Numbered from the stretch's first letter, positions 1 to 13,500 are shown. The stretch: DNA of 64,000 nt from Octopus sinensis (GCF_006345805.1 NC_043007.1:68262001-68326000), one strand, 5' to 3'. Numbers and translations are program-made. The notes: generated from the sequence alone by a model not told the origin.

Positions 1-1271
1 ACTTACTGATTATAACGACTAAATGTACGTCTTTATTGTTCCTATTTTATAGCTTAAAGATATGGAGAAAAGGAATGGCTTTGTCTGGTATACAGAATTG
101 TATCGGAGGTGTGATAGATACGATTGGGCACTTTCTCAATTATGCTGCCTGTGCCTATTCATTTATTTTCATTAATTACCAGTATTCATAATTAATACAT
201 CGGTATAGATAATTCTTTTCTTCGCTTATTTATATATTTAACTTTCTTCGCATTTCAATAAATTTTACGTTTCATATCATTCTTCTTTGTCGAGCTATAA
301 ATATATGTTGTTCACGCATTTTTTGTTTCATTGTTAAGTTTTATTAGCGTTCATGATTTTACGATTCTCACTAGAACAAGACTATTTTGAAGCAGGAGTT
401 TCTTAGTTTCTGATAATCTAACTGGTTTGTTATCGGAAATAAACTCAACTTGTAAACCACAGAAGAATGGAGTAAAGTTTAAGAAAGCACAAAATAAATA
501 CGGTTTTTGTGGAAAAAAATTCGATGCTAAATAAAACTCATCCATTAGGGAAGCGTTGCTAGGAGCCTTCTGTCTTGCTATTTAGTTGTTCGAGATGGAG
601 AAATAGAGTTATTTCTTTTGATGTCTGAAAAATCAATAGTTATTATTTAAGATATGGAAAATATTGAGGTTGAATATTTTAAGATGTATTCAATATTACG
701 ACGATTGAATTGAAATTGTCCACATAATAAAATGAAACCACAGTGAATTAATATTTTTATTTAAGAAACCTTTTGGTTGAGATATTACTTTAAAATCAGC
801 TTCATTTTAAAGGTTCAGATATTTCAATAGACGAAGACTGTTTATTGTTGACGGATTGCAGTCTTGTTCGATGGTTTTCCTTCAGAGTTGGAATGATTTT
901 AAGTTCAGCTATTTCTGTTTTTTCTTTCTGCCTCCATCATATGTCTAATGTGATGAAATTAAAAAGAAAGTGTCCGAAAACATCTTGTTGGTTTTATTTC
1001 CGATATTTTAGAAAAAGAAGATAAGTTTCTGTTGTTTTCATGTGAAAGTGAGCACAATATGTCAAATAGACAACTGTTAAATTAACAAGATTCAGAACGT
1101 TATCTATTCTGAATATAATAGCGTGAGATTTGATTAAATATATATTTTAGTAAAAGTAAAACCGCACAATCAATAAAGCATGTGAAAAAATTCTTTGTTA
1201 TATTGGTTTAAGTTTTTACAATATGAGTTCAGCTTAGCCGTTTATCCTTCCACAGTTGCAAAAGTGAAGTA

Positions 1272-1782
1272 CAGTTATACCACACTTTACGAGGACACGG
1301 TTTACGAATTTTATCTTATAATAGATTTTTCGAGCAAAAGATCTAAATTTTGAACGAAGTGAACAAGTTTCTACTACCATAAAAATGCATCTGCATGTTA
1401 CCGAGAAATGTATAGAGAGCGAAAAAAGCTTCTTCTAAGCGGCTTCTAGACTTTGTGCAAAAAGAAATCTACAAGTCCTTCTACGAGCACTTGTGAATTG
1501 GCGATCACGTCTACAAGTGATGGTGTGCGCGAGTCTAGTGCGACTGAAAGTGATTGTAATAATAATATTTTTATTATAAATGATTTTGACATTCTTTTTA
1601 CTTTACATAGACTATTCTTTACATTCTACTGTTGTTTTATTGCCATTTATTTACCAGTATTATAAATAGGTAAAATATTTTTCTGGGAACGAATTTATAA
1701 CATTACTACTATGGGAAATTATTGTTCTGCTTTACGAGCTGTTTCCGTGAACAAATTAATTCGTATATCGAGGAATTATTTT
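1272..1782. mobile_element. Possible Tigger/pogo-like non-autonomous DNA transposon (MITE) relic
   Basis: Starts TA|CAGTTATACCACACTTTACGAG. The far end, AATTAATTCGTATATCGAGGAATTATTT, is an imperfect reverse complement resembling pogo/Tigger TIRs. No transposase ORF. Confidence 0.4.
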
Positions 1783-2229
1783 ACTAATTAAGTACTTGGG
1801 TTGACAAGATCAAAATTATAAGGGATACCCACCCAAAAGTTTTAATCTTGTACACTTTTTAGAAAACATTAAACGTGTCTTGACTTTTAAACGTTTTTCC
1901 CTGCAGTAAGTTATCTTATAACATAAGTACGCATCTTTAGTTTAGGCGTTCAAGCACGTCTTTCATTTCCTTTTATTTTAAGGATAGCGCTGTGATACAT
2001 TGTTATCAAATAATTCTGCTCCTTGGCCAAACTAATCGCCGACTTTGTGGTATTTATAGGAAACAAAACGCAGTAGTAATTTGTACAAGTTTACCAGAAG
2101 CATCATAACAAAATTATACATCATATTTACACCTACTGGACTAACCTTTAAGATTTGAGTTAGTGCGGTTTCCATTATCTAACCCCAATAGCAACTGACT
2201 ATTATTTACAAATAAATTGGATATTTTTC

Positions 2230-3345
2230 TACTATTATATTCACCGACTTCATTGTCACTCAGTTTTCCATTATTATAATAAGATTTGTTGTAGTTTCCA
2301 TTATTATTACAATATACTATACTATTCCAGTATCCTGTCTTTTTAAGGGCATTATTATAGTATTCGGCATTATTATTAAAGATTTCCTCATTAGATGATA
2401 AATAGGAAAACGTCTCGAAATGTTATCAACCAGAGTCCACGTGATAGCTTTAGGATGGTTTTTGTGAAAGTTGATGTATTTTAAACTACTATTGGGTTTA
2501 TTATACAGAGTGTATAGGCCTGTAAGAAGGTTCATATTTACATCCAGGTAATTAACTGGATCCTGTTCATTTTCTATAGAGATAGATAAACCAAATATTT
2601 TAAAGAAATTATGGAACTTTTTCATATATAGGTTTATTTTCTATTGGATTTACTATTATTCAAAATAGTGCATCATCTCCATGGAGACCATCTTTAGTTT
2701 CTGGGAATTCATTATGGAAATGATATAGTAGGTAAATAGTCTGTAATTTGGGTGGAATCGGCTGAGCCCATAGTTATATCAAAATAATCAGTAGTATTTT
2801 CTCTAGCCCAGTACTTGTTATCGAATAGAATGATAGACTTCTTAGTTTCCAAAATAACTTTAATTTCCCTTAAACTTAGGTCAGAATTTTTCCTAGCAAA
2901 AAAAGGTGCATTATTTAGTACTATGGAATTAATTGAAGAAATATAATTATTAATGTCTAATTGAATGAACTTACTTCTACTTTTATTATCTAATTATCAA
3001 ACCAATTAATAACTTCCTCGGTATTGGACTAGAGATCTAATTTAATGTTTCCTTAAATTTGGGAATATACCTATCTGGAATAATTTTACTCAATGTACCC
3101 AGGTCAGAACTTCCTGGGAAAATTAATCTAACTTTAGGGTTGGACAAAAAATTTTTTCATTATTTTGGAAAACAATTCTGGGTCTTCTAGGCACAAAATA
3201 CTCAGTGCTGTCATCAAGATCGAAATCTCACCTATTTTTTTTAGCTTCAAAGTTGATATCTCTTAATATATTCTTAACTACTACCTCATAGTTACTAGTT
3301 ATTTCCTATTCCGTATCGTCCATTAGAGTGTTTTTGTTGTTTTCT
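2230..3345 (-). pseudogene. Penelope-like retroelement reverse transcriptase, 5'-truncated and frameshifted
   Basis: Minus-strand translation gives PLE-RT motifs in order: NPKVRLIFPGSSDLG (~3140-3100), FIQLDIK (~2970-2950), FDITMGSADSTQITD (~2784-2740), degenerate GDDAL (~2680-2666), then VNYLDVNMNL..KPNSSLKYINFHKNHPKAI (ORF 2317-2625). Confidence 0.85.
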
Positions 3346-3463
3346 AATTGTAGCTGATGTGTGATTGAATAGTTAACGCTCACGCTCATAATACCTAGAC
3401 ATTTGAATTAATTTTTACAATCTAGCAGTCCTTTCACACGGAACTTTGTCGATCTTTAAACTA

Positions 3464-3547
3464 TGACCCTGAAGTGACTTATATATAAAAGAACTGTTAT
3501 TGTGTATGTATATCAGAAAATGTATATAAGTCGAAACAATTTGGTCA
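3464..3547 (+). ncRNA. Degenerate type I hammerhead ribozyme motif next to the PLE RT (inverted pLTR)
   Basis: TGACC-CTGAAGT-GACTTATATA...TATATAAGTC-GAAA-CAATTT-GGTCA. Stem I 5 bp, stem II 10 bp. Core has one mismatch to CUGANGA. Confidence 0.65.
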
Positions 3548-3667
3548 CTTTTTATGTTTTTTAATAATTGTTTGTTATATAATATTATTATGTTATATTG
3601 TATATCAAGTCATATAATATAAATAATTATTGGATTGTCAATAATATATCTCTATTTATTATATCGT

Positions 3668-3749
<82 letters not shown>

Positions 3750-3752
<3 letters not shown>

Positions 3753-4059
3753 CGTATAAATAGGGATGACCACTAAGTGGACATCCAATATGCTAGAAGA
3801 AGACACCCTACGATCCAACCACAAATAAAATAATGTTCTCTAAAGAAATTCAGCAAACACCAGAACATAAGCGGGTAAGACAGATGAAAATATACATATT
3901 CTTTATTCTTTATTTTGTATATTTCCATCTGTCTTACCCGCTTATGTTTTGGTGTTTGCTGAATTTCTCTAGAAAACATTCTTTTCTTTGTGGTTAGATT
4001 GTAGGTGATCTTCTAGCATATTGGATGTTCACTTAGTAGTCATCCCTTTTTATATGCAT
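3750..4059. repeat. ~310 bp imperfect palindrome (foldback element)
   Basis: ATGCGTATAAATAGGGATGACCACTAAGTGGACATCCAATATGCTAGAAGA... mirrors ...TCTTCTAGCATATTGGATGTTCACTTAGTAGTCATCCCTTTTTATATGCAT. Arms ~145 bp with a short T-rich loop. Confidence 0.9.
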
Positions 4060-4286
4060 GTATTAGAATTTTCCTGAATTTTCAGATTTTTCTATATGCT
4101 AGGCTACTGGTTTTAAATTGATGCTAATTAAATTAATATTCAAGTTATCACCCTCATTATACACACACACACACACATATATATATACATACATATACAT
4201 ATGTGTGTGTATTATTACCGTTATTAATGATACTAATAAGGTAGTAATAAGATGGCTAGGAAGTTCACACCGTTACAGGCACAATA

Positions 4287-4704
4287 TAAGCTAAATTTAA
4301 TTCAGTAGGGTTTATAATACCACTTGCTAAAATCATAGCCAAGGCTCAAACACCACCATAAACCCACAATAAAGATACACACGGGCAATGCAATGACCAT
4401 ATGGGAAATAGGCTTATCTTTGCATTGAAAATATCAGTAATGTATGTTTCAGTACCATTTGATTTTATCGTCTGTATGACCAACATACTCTGGGATCTTC
4501 AGAGTATGTTGTACAGAGTATGTTATACAGTGGGTGAAATCAATTAGTACTTACTGATGTATTCAACGCAAAGGTAAGCCTATTTCTTATATGCTCATTG
4601 CATTGCTCGTGTGTGTCTATTTGGTGAATCTCTTGTGGTTTTTGAGCCTTGCTTCTAATTTTAGCAAGTAGTGTTATATACTCTACTGAATCTAATTTAG
4701 CTTA
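4287..4704. repeat. ~420 bp imperfect palindrome (foldback element)
   Basis: TAAGCTAAATT..CACTTGCTAAAAT..GCAATGCAATGA..GAAATAGGCTTA mirrored by TAAGCCTATTTC..TCATTGCATTGC..ATTTTAGCAAGT..AATTTAGCTTA. Central AACATACTCTG/CAGAGTATGTT hairpin. Confidence 0.9.
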
Positions 4705-4756
4705 GATACACATACACACACAGACACGCACACATATGTATACGTGTTATATATAT

Positions 4757-4976
4757 TGGTTTCAAAAGTTGGCACAAGGCTAGCAACTTTAGGGGAGTGC
4801 ATAAGTCGATTACATCGAGCCCAGCAATGAACTGGTGCTTATTTGATCAACACCGAAAGGATGAAAGGCAAAGTCAACCACGGCGGAATTTGAACTCAGA
4901 ATGTAAATACGGACGAAATAACGCGAAGCATTTTTTGCCGGCGTGCTAATGATTCTACCAGTTCACACTGCTTTAA
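4757..4976 (-). mobile_element. tRNA-derived SINE family A copy (diverged)
   Basis: Matches the GAAAGGATGAAAGGCAAAGTC..GGCGGAATTTGAACTCAGAA core of the copies at 10983, 29215, 37715 and 42078. Confidence 0.85.
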
Positions 4977-5010
4977 CGTATTATATATATATTTATCTTG
5001 ATACATTATA

Positions 5011-5111
<101 letters not shown>

Positions 5112-5139
5112 CACTTTTGTATATACATACATACACATA

Positions 5140-6389
<1,250 letters not shown>

Positions 6390-6639
6390 TACATATTTCG
6401 TTTCTGTATTTGATTTGATTCTTCATGTGAAATACGGAATTTATATATATATATTTGAATTTGATTTGAAAATCCCACTAGAATGGGAGAAAGCGCTAAT
6501 AATCTGAATGATACGATCTGAATGATATGATATATATATGTAAAAAATGTCTATAAATAATATCTATAAATATGAACCATCCGATCTTCTGATTACCTCA
6601 TTTCTTCTAATATATATATATATATATATATACACATAC

Positions 6640-6690
<51 letters not shown>

Positions 6691-6732
6691 CACACATATA
6701 TATATAGACATATATGTGTGTGTATATATATA

Positions 6733-6768
<36 letters not shown>

Positions 6769-7627
6769 TATAGATATATATATATATATGTATACATATT
6801 TCGTTTTTGTATTTGATTTGATTCTTCGTGTGAAATACGGAATTTATATAAACTAATGTTTGCCGTAGGAAGTTGTCTCATCTACACTGAATGTTGACCA
6901 CAATTCAATGATTTTCAAACGGAACTGTAATAAAATGATTTTTTTTTGTTTTTAGAAAACACAAGAAAACATAATATGGTTAATTATGGTCGTTTTATAT
7001 TAGCGGCTTTCAGCAGAGTAAGCCAATCTTTGAAGATGTTTCAGTTCATTTGCCTCTTTGATACTATTAGTTTAAGACTGACTAAAGAACCTCTATATAA
7101 TAGTAAAAGTCAATTAACAGCTTAAAACCAAGAACAAAAATACAAAAAAAAAACTATCATATGCATTTGAGAGATTTCTCGGTATTTTTGACATAGCATA
7201 TATTTATCCCCAACCGTTGACAAATAAAACTGGTTTTACGAGAAGTAACAACGTTACTTTCATATCTTAACCAAAGAGACTTATAATTTTTTTTCTTAAT
7301 GCCAAGCTTCGAAAATGTAATTTGTTTGTATAATGAGTCAATGTAATGGAGTGGTTTAATGACAATTTACCGTTTCTTTGTGACCGATTGATCCATCTGA
7401 AAAAACTTCAGCGGATATATCAAGTTCAAATGTATGTATGTATGCATTTATGTACTTTTGTAAATATATATATATAATTATACACATATATGTATGTGCA
7501 TATAAATATATATATGCATATATATATATATATATGCACACATACATACATGCATACATACATACATATATACATAAACTTAATTGGAAATGGATGCATC
7601 GAGTTCAGTTAAATAATAAAAAATGAG

Positions 7628-7690
<63 letters not shown>

Positions 7691-7719
7691 AATATATATG
7701 GATATATGCATATATGGGA

Positions 7720-8105
7720 ACAGGACGTTACCAACGGTGCAAATAACATGAAATACGCAAACAACGACAAAAAAGAAAACTGGACAAGTAAAAACAGAGA
7801 AAGGACCCTTCATCAGTTTTCGGCTCTCTATCCACTCCCCATTTCGAGCATTCAAGGACAATATAAGTCTTCAAAGACAGTTGCTCTCATAAATCCTAAA
7901 ATAAAATCTAGGGAACAAAAACTTGACAGTTGTTATATACAAGGTTACCGAACGAGGCAAACATGGAGCTCGTTAGACCAAAACGAGAGGAAAATAGTGA
8001 ACGCAGGAAGAAATATCTTTTTTGAAAAGAGAAAAAGAAAGAAGAGAGAGACAACACAAAAACACGCATCAAGAAGGCGAAGATAAGTTTACTTGGAAAT
8101 TGACA
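7720..8105 (-). mobile_element. Non-coding PLE pLTR-type element (CAGGAC-end family)
   Basis: Shares the CAGGACGT end, CCTTCATCAGT (rc CTGATGAAGG) and ATTTCGAGCATT blocks with 35590-36200, and in the opposite orientation with 26290-26467. Abuts a microsatellite. Confidence 0.55.
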
Positions 8106-8109
8106 GAAC

Positions 8110-8975
8110 TCTACTGATGACTCTTGCCGAGTTTGATCGAACACCATGGATCACCATATGCGGGATTCTGTTCTCCAGGAAAAAATTAATCCAATTTAAT
8201 TGTTTACCTCGGACACCAGTGTTCGATAATTTCTTTAATAAGCTCCTATGATCAGCCTTGTCGAAGGCCTTGCTGAAGATGAGATAAATGATATTTGCAT
8301 TTTAGCCCTCGCCCAGAGCCTTTAGGATGTCATCAAAAAGATGCAGAGCTGCGTAAGGTAGTCCCTGCTACTGCGGAATCTATGCTGTTTGGGAATAAAT
8401 GTGCTGACACATTACAGAAAGTAAGTAACTTGTGTTCTCACCACTCTCCCAAATAATATGAGAGATAAGTAAGATCGGTCGGTAATTCACTGTCAAAGAT
8501 TTGTTGCCCTTTTCGGAAGCTCGGACAATCGTCTGGGACCTGAAATTTTCAGGAATATGGCCAGCGGCCAGTGATTTCCTCCAGAAAATAGCCAAAGGGA
8601 ATGCCAGTTGATGACGGCACTACTTCAGGACTCTAGCGGATAATCTGACGGCGCCTTCAGCTCATTTGTTTGTAATTTTGCTAATACCTGTTTGGATACC
8701 CGAGGTGCTATGATATCAGATGTGTGCTGCGGGTTTGCTTCACCGATGCTGTCAGGATTAACCACACTGAGATTGTTGAAAGTGGAGCTGTATTGCTTCT
8801 GCAGAATCTCAACCATGTCTTCTGCACCACTATGCGGAGTACAATCATCACCCTTCAACGGCCCAAAAGATGAAACAGCGACCTTATGCTTTTGGGGAAT
8901 CCAAAGAACATGTGCGATTGACTTTAATTTTCTCAACTGCCCAATTTTATACTGCTGTTCTTTGACTATCGATGA
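8110..8975 (-). mobile_element. CR1-group LINE ORF2 (RT N-terminal region) fragment
   Basis: Minus strand encodes GPLKGDD..DMVEILQKQYSSTF, WRKSLAAGHIPENFR..KGNKSLTVNYRPILLISHI, and IYLIFSKAFDKADH..LLKKL..G..GK.LNWI.FFLENR. Confidence 0.85.
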
Positions 8976-9027
8976 TAATCATCATGCAGTTTTCGAAGAT
9001 AAAATTTCTTTGATTCCTGACGGGAAA

Positions 9028-9375
9028 TTCAAGCGGGTCCATTTAATCGATCAATGCAAACATTGCATCAGTTTAAAGGAGACTGCTCTCTTCAGACGTA
9101 GACGATCATATAAGTTTCCAATATAAAGGATAACCCATTTTTTAGTACAATTTAATCAGTACTAAAAACTAAAACACTTGCATTGCTTTCTTTTGATATG
9201 CTTGTAGCAGGGAAGCAATGTATGAGTTTTGGTTTCTAATGCTAATGTAAATTGTGCTAAAAAATGGTCCATTCTTTATATTGGAAATCTATATGGTCGT
9301 CTGAATCTGAGGAGAGCGGTTTCTTTCAAACTGACGTTAATGTTTACATTGATTAATTAAATGGAGCCGCTTGAA
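9028..9375. repeat. ~350 bp imperfect palindrome whose 3' arm contains a hammerhead ribozyme
   Basis: TTCAAGCGGGTCCATTTAAT...CATTGCTTTC vs GGAAGCAATG...ATTAAATGGAGCCGCTTGAA. Arms ~160 bp, roughly 80% complementary by eye. Confidence 0.9.
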
Positions 9376-9389
9376 ACAGCAGTAATTCA
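9302..9389 (+). ncRNA. Type I hammerhead ribozyme with intact catalytic core and minimal stem III
   Basis: Stem I TGAAT(9302-06)/ATTCA(9385-89). CTGAGGA at 9307-13. Stem II GAGCGGTTTC(9314-23)/GGAGCCGCTT(9363-72). GAAA at 9373-76, then C-AGCA-G. Cleavage triplet GTA at 9382-84. Confidence 0.8.
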
Positions 9390-9520
9390 TTGATACCCGG
9401 GCAACCTTGCTACCTATTTGCATATATATATATATATATATATACACAGGTTTATGAATTTATGTTGCAAGATTCCTGATGTGAAACCCTGTGGTGAAAC
9501 ATAGTGTTATATTTCATTTT

Positions 9521-9948
9521 TTTTGCCAAATAAACACGTGCACTATATATGGGGTTTTCATTCGTTTATTACTGTTTTTATTCTAACTAATGCCCATTTT
9601 CTGGAAATCTTTCGTCACACATCTGTTACCTCTTCAGCGACACTTTCCATCTTCGTGTGTGATCCTGCTCCGCTTAGTCCTATGATGCGTTTGCGTCTGT
9701 ATCTGTGTGTGTGCTTCTGTGTATGGCATACTCGCACGCGCGCGCACACACTCACACACACATAGAAAGACAGAATGGGCTGAACGAAACAGCAGTATAT
9801 AGGAGAACGGAAAATGTCACGGAAGCGGTCACAGATGTGTGACGAAAGATTTGCGAACAATGGACACCATTTAAAATAAGAACAGTAATAAATAAGTTAA
9901 AAAGGACGCAATATATATATATATATTGCGTGTGTTTATTTGGCAAAA
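9521..9948. repeat. ~430 bp foldback with vestigial HHR cores in both arms
   Basis: TTTTGCCAAATAAACAC...GTGTTTATTTGGCAAAA. The mirrored ORFs 9523+ and 9752- both read MPNKH..FITV..IFRHTSVT. Left arm (minus) reads CTGAAGA-GGTAACAGATGTGTGAC-GAAA; right arm (plus) reads CGGAAGC-GGTCACAGATGTGTGAC-GAAA. Confidence 0.85.
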
Positions 9949-10451
9949 GGTATAAATATAAAAAATAACCATCCTGAAATGTAGCAATATATATATAATT
10001 GATTAAGTAACCAGAAGAGGGACTTGTGATTAGTTCTTATGTTGTACGGATAATCTTTTCGACCCATCCTGCTACTGTCCCAATTCAACACATTAACACA
10101 CTAATCAACATATACCCATTAGTCCAAAATATTAAACACACACACACACACACACACACACATATTTCTCAATGTTTATGTGTGCGTATATGTGTGTATA
10201 CAGGCATGCACCCCCTCACATAAACATCAATATTTGTGTTGTGCCTGTGCATACGTCCATGTGTGTATCTATGTGTTTATTCTTGTAATCATTTCCAAGA
10301 CACTCCTCTAAGAAAATAGAAAATTGGAATCACTAGGTTATTTTAGGAACAGAAGGTGTATTCTTAATCGCCATTAATAAGATCAATCAGATCAATAAAA
10401 CTGAAATAGCCACCAATCCTGATAATAGTCTGTATTGTTAAATCAATGCAT

Positions 10452-10483
<32 letters not shown>

Positions 10484-10982
10484 GACACACACACATTAAC
10501 AGTATATATGTGTGTGTGTGTGAGTGTATTTGTACACACACACACATATTTCTGGTATTGCTTATGATAGCCTTACTGTTAATATCTCAACAAAAGCGAG
10601 AATGTAGCAGACATAATAAGAAACCGGATAAAACGCCCTCGTATATTTAGTTTCTCGTATCCACATAGAAAATTCTGACAGAGTGGAATCTGACTTACCT
10701 CGCTGGTTCAATAAAGTATTTAATTGCAATGTGCTTTATACAATCAAAGTTTTTATCTTCTGTTTCTTGGAGTCTTATATCATCTATGAAAGAAATTGTT
10801 TTTATTATTATTATAAAAGATAGCATTAACCTGACAATCATTAGAAGGCTGGATACAAATGCGTTGCGATATTTCCTTCAGCTGTTTACGTTGTGGGTTC
10901 TAATTCTGCGAAAGCCTATTTTAATTTCATCCATCCAGGTTCGATAAAATAAAGAACCAGTCAAATGTTGGGATGTGATATA

Positions 10983-11216
10983 TATTTCTTTACTAACCAC
11001 AAGGGGCTAAACATAGAGGAGACAAACAAGGGCAGACAAACGGATTAAGTCGATTACATCGATCCCAGTGCGAAATTGGTACTTTCTTTATCGACCCCGA
11101 AAGGATGAAAGGCAAAGTCGACCTCAGCGGAATTTGAAGTCAGAACGTAACGACAGACGAAATACCGCAAAGCATTCCGCCCGGCGCGCTAACGTTTCTG
11201 CCAGCTCGCCGCCTTA
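10983..11216 (-). mobile_element. tRNA-derived SINE family A, full length, with 14 bp TSD, nested in an older family A copy
   Basis: Head rc GGCGGCGAGCTGGCAGAAACGTTAG, B-box-like segment, central GCCTTTCATCCTTTCGGGGTCGATAAA. TSD TGGGATGTGATATA at 10969-10982 and 11217-11230. Confidence 0.92.
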
Positions 11217-13458
11217 TGGGATGTGATATAATCGGCTATCTTCCCAGGAAATTGCTGGTCTCGTGTCTAAATCTAAAAAGAAAATAACTAATTATTATAA
11301 ATACATACCTGCGGACTGATTGAATCGTTAGTGTCGTTCACAAACGAATTGTGTTCATCAAATTCTTGAGTGCGTGTTGATCTGTGTATATTTCACAAAA
11401 TCAATCATAATTTTCTGCATACAGATCGATGCGAAACTGATGAAGTATAAGCTCTTATTGAAGTTTTAACTTTTAAAAGAAGCCAGTTTACATGAGAGAA
11501 TCATTTACTTAATTATATAGTATTAAAGGATTCAACAACTTCTCATTAGCATATTACATAGCCATCATGTATGAGAGTGTCGCCGGTGTCGAGTGAAGAT
11601 TTTACAAAGTTGATATTTCGAGAAGATACTGAAGTGCGTACAAGGCGAGCGAAGATAAAAGTTATCAATAACTCGTATTTACGATGATGTAAACGCGTCC
11701 GTGATATCGTTTCTCAGTTTTCAGAAATGACCCTTCTGTACGTTCCTATAGGATTTGGGCTCTTTAAAGTGATTCGCATTGATTCGGCAGCAATGATGCA
11801 TAGAATTAATAGCTCCACGTAGCCTTAATACAATTAATCTTTCTTAATGTTCAATGTTAACAAGATAATTGAAGCTAAGTGACTAAACAGGGGAATAGAA
11901 ACGGGTTTACAAATTATTAGAAAAACCCGGTGAATGGTCTTTATATAAGCTGTAGTAGCATTAGTTCCTTGTATGTATGTATGTATTATGTGTGTATGTA
12001 TGTATGCATGTATTCAGGTATGTATGTATGCTGTATCAGCATTATAAATTTTTTATAAGGATGTATTAGTTTTATATAACGATGTGGGTGGTTTGTTACA
12101 AACAAGACTACATAATTGGAATATAGATTACGCAATATTAAAGAAATAAGTTTTGCATGTCCCCCCTCCAAAAAAGTATAAATAAAATAAAACTACCATA
12201 TTTTTACTGTTTAACTTTTAAATAGAATTTGCAGAACAGCTGTTAAATGATCTTTTTTTGCTGAACACAACAATCCTGTTTTAAAAAGAAATTTATTCAC
12301 ATAATAATATACACGGATATTTATAGTTACAAATATAAATATTAATTGTTGCCAGACAACATGTATATACTTAATCTATATACTTAATCATAAATGTTTC
12401 TTTTCTAACTATGTTTAATGGAAATTTACACACACATCTAGCAGTTAACTTCCATGGCAGAAAATAACATTTCCTTATTGTTCCTACCATTCATTCCATC
12501 ATCTTATGAACCAACGCGAACGGAAAGTTAGTAGGTGAAATATAGCAATCTATGCATGGGTATGTTTCCCGAATACTTAAGACCGATGTTAATATTTAGC
12601 AAGATGTGTAACTGTTCTTGGAACAGGCTACTACACCACGTCATATTTTGAAGGTTATACTACTGCAATATATGGAGAAGAGATAACAAAAGACTACCTG
12701 TTGCACAATGCAAAAAGCGAAACGTAACTCAACATGATGTCACTGAAAATTGCCCTGACTATGAGATACATTAAACTTGGGATCATCAGTGATCCAGAAC
12801 ATCTTCAAGGTAACCTGACGCTGTTGATAAAACAATATGCAACGTCATTTATGTGAAGGGTTTCTATTTAAGTTTATATGGTATTTATGGCATTTAGCAC
12901 ATCTAAACCCTTTAAAACAAGAAATATAGATTGAATATGCCATAAACATTTTATGGTAATGTTAAAAGTATCAAACCAGAAAGGTTTGCATTAGCGGGGG
13001 AAAAACTAAAGAGGGAAGCGTTATCCACTGCAATGGACGTCAAATTGCCCAGTGTGATAATTTCGTTCAAAAGTAGAAAGAAAAACAAAAACAAAAAAAC
13101 TGGGGATCCAGTTTTAAGGCTTTTAGTTGGTGGATACGATTTTGTTATTTTTGTTCAGCAAGTAATTCTCATAATAACACTACGATGTACATTAGGATTG
13201 ATCTTAAGCCTATTTCTCTGGGCTCATTATATAAGTCTGTGATGTTACCTATCTCTTTGAAAGCTGCTAAATGATGTTTCGAGCCGAAGGCTGGATATCA
13301 ACAGATTAAAATTCTTCTTATACGTACATACATACATATATACATACATACATGTATGCATGAATGCATGCACACACACACACACACATATATATATATT
13401 TACATATAAATATAAATATACATATACATATATAAATATATACATAGATATGTAAATA

Positions 13459-13500
<42 letters not shown>

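Noticed and set aside
1-1200. Strand-biased, coding-like region including ORF 351-545
   Set aside because: May be a decayed retroelement, but I could not recognise any diagnostic motif.
9010-9100. Functional minus-polarity HHR in the 5' arm of the 9028 hairpin
   Set aside because: It has CTGAAGA and a partial stem II, but reads GAAT instead of GAAA and has no matching stem I.
11433-11475. CTGATGA-hairpin-GAAG motif (similar weak cases at ~38740-38818, ~44745-44785, ~55385-55435)
   Set aside because: Too many core or stem defects to distinguish from chance by eye.
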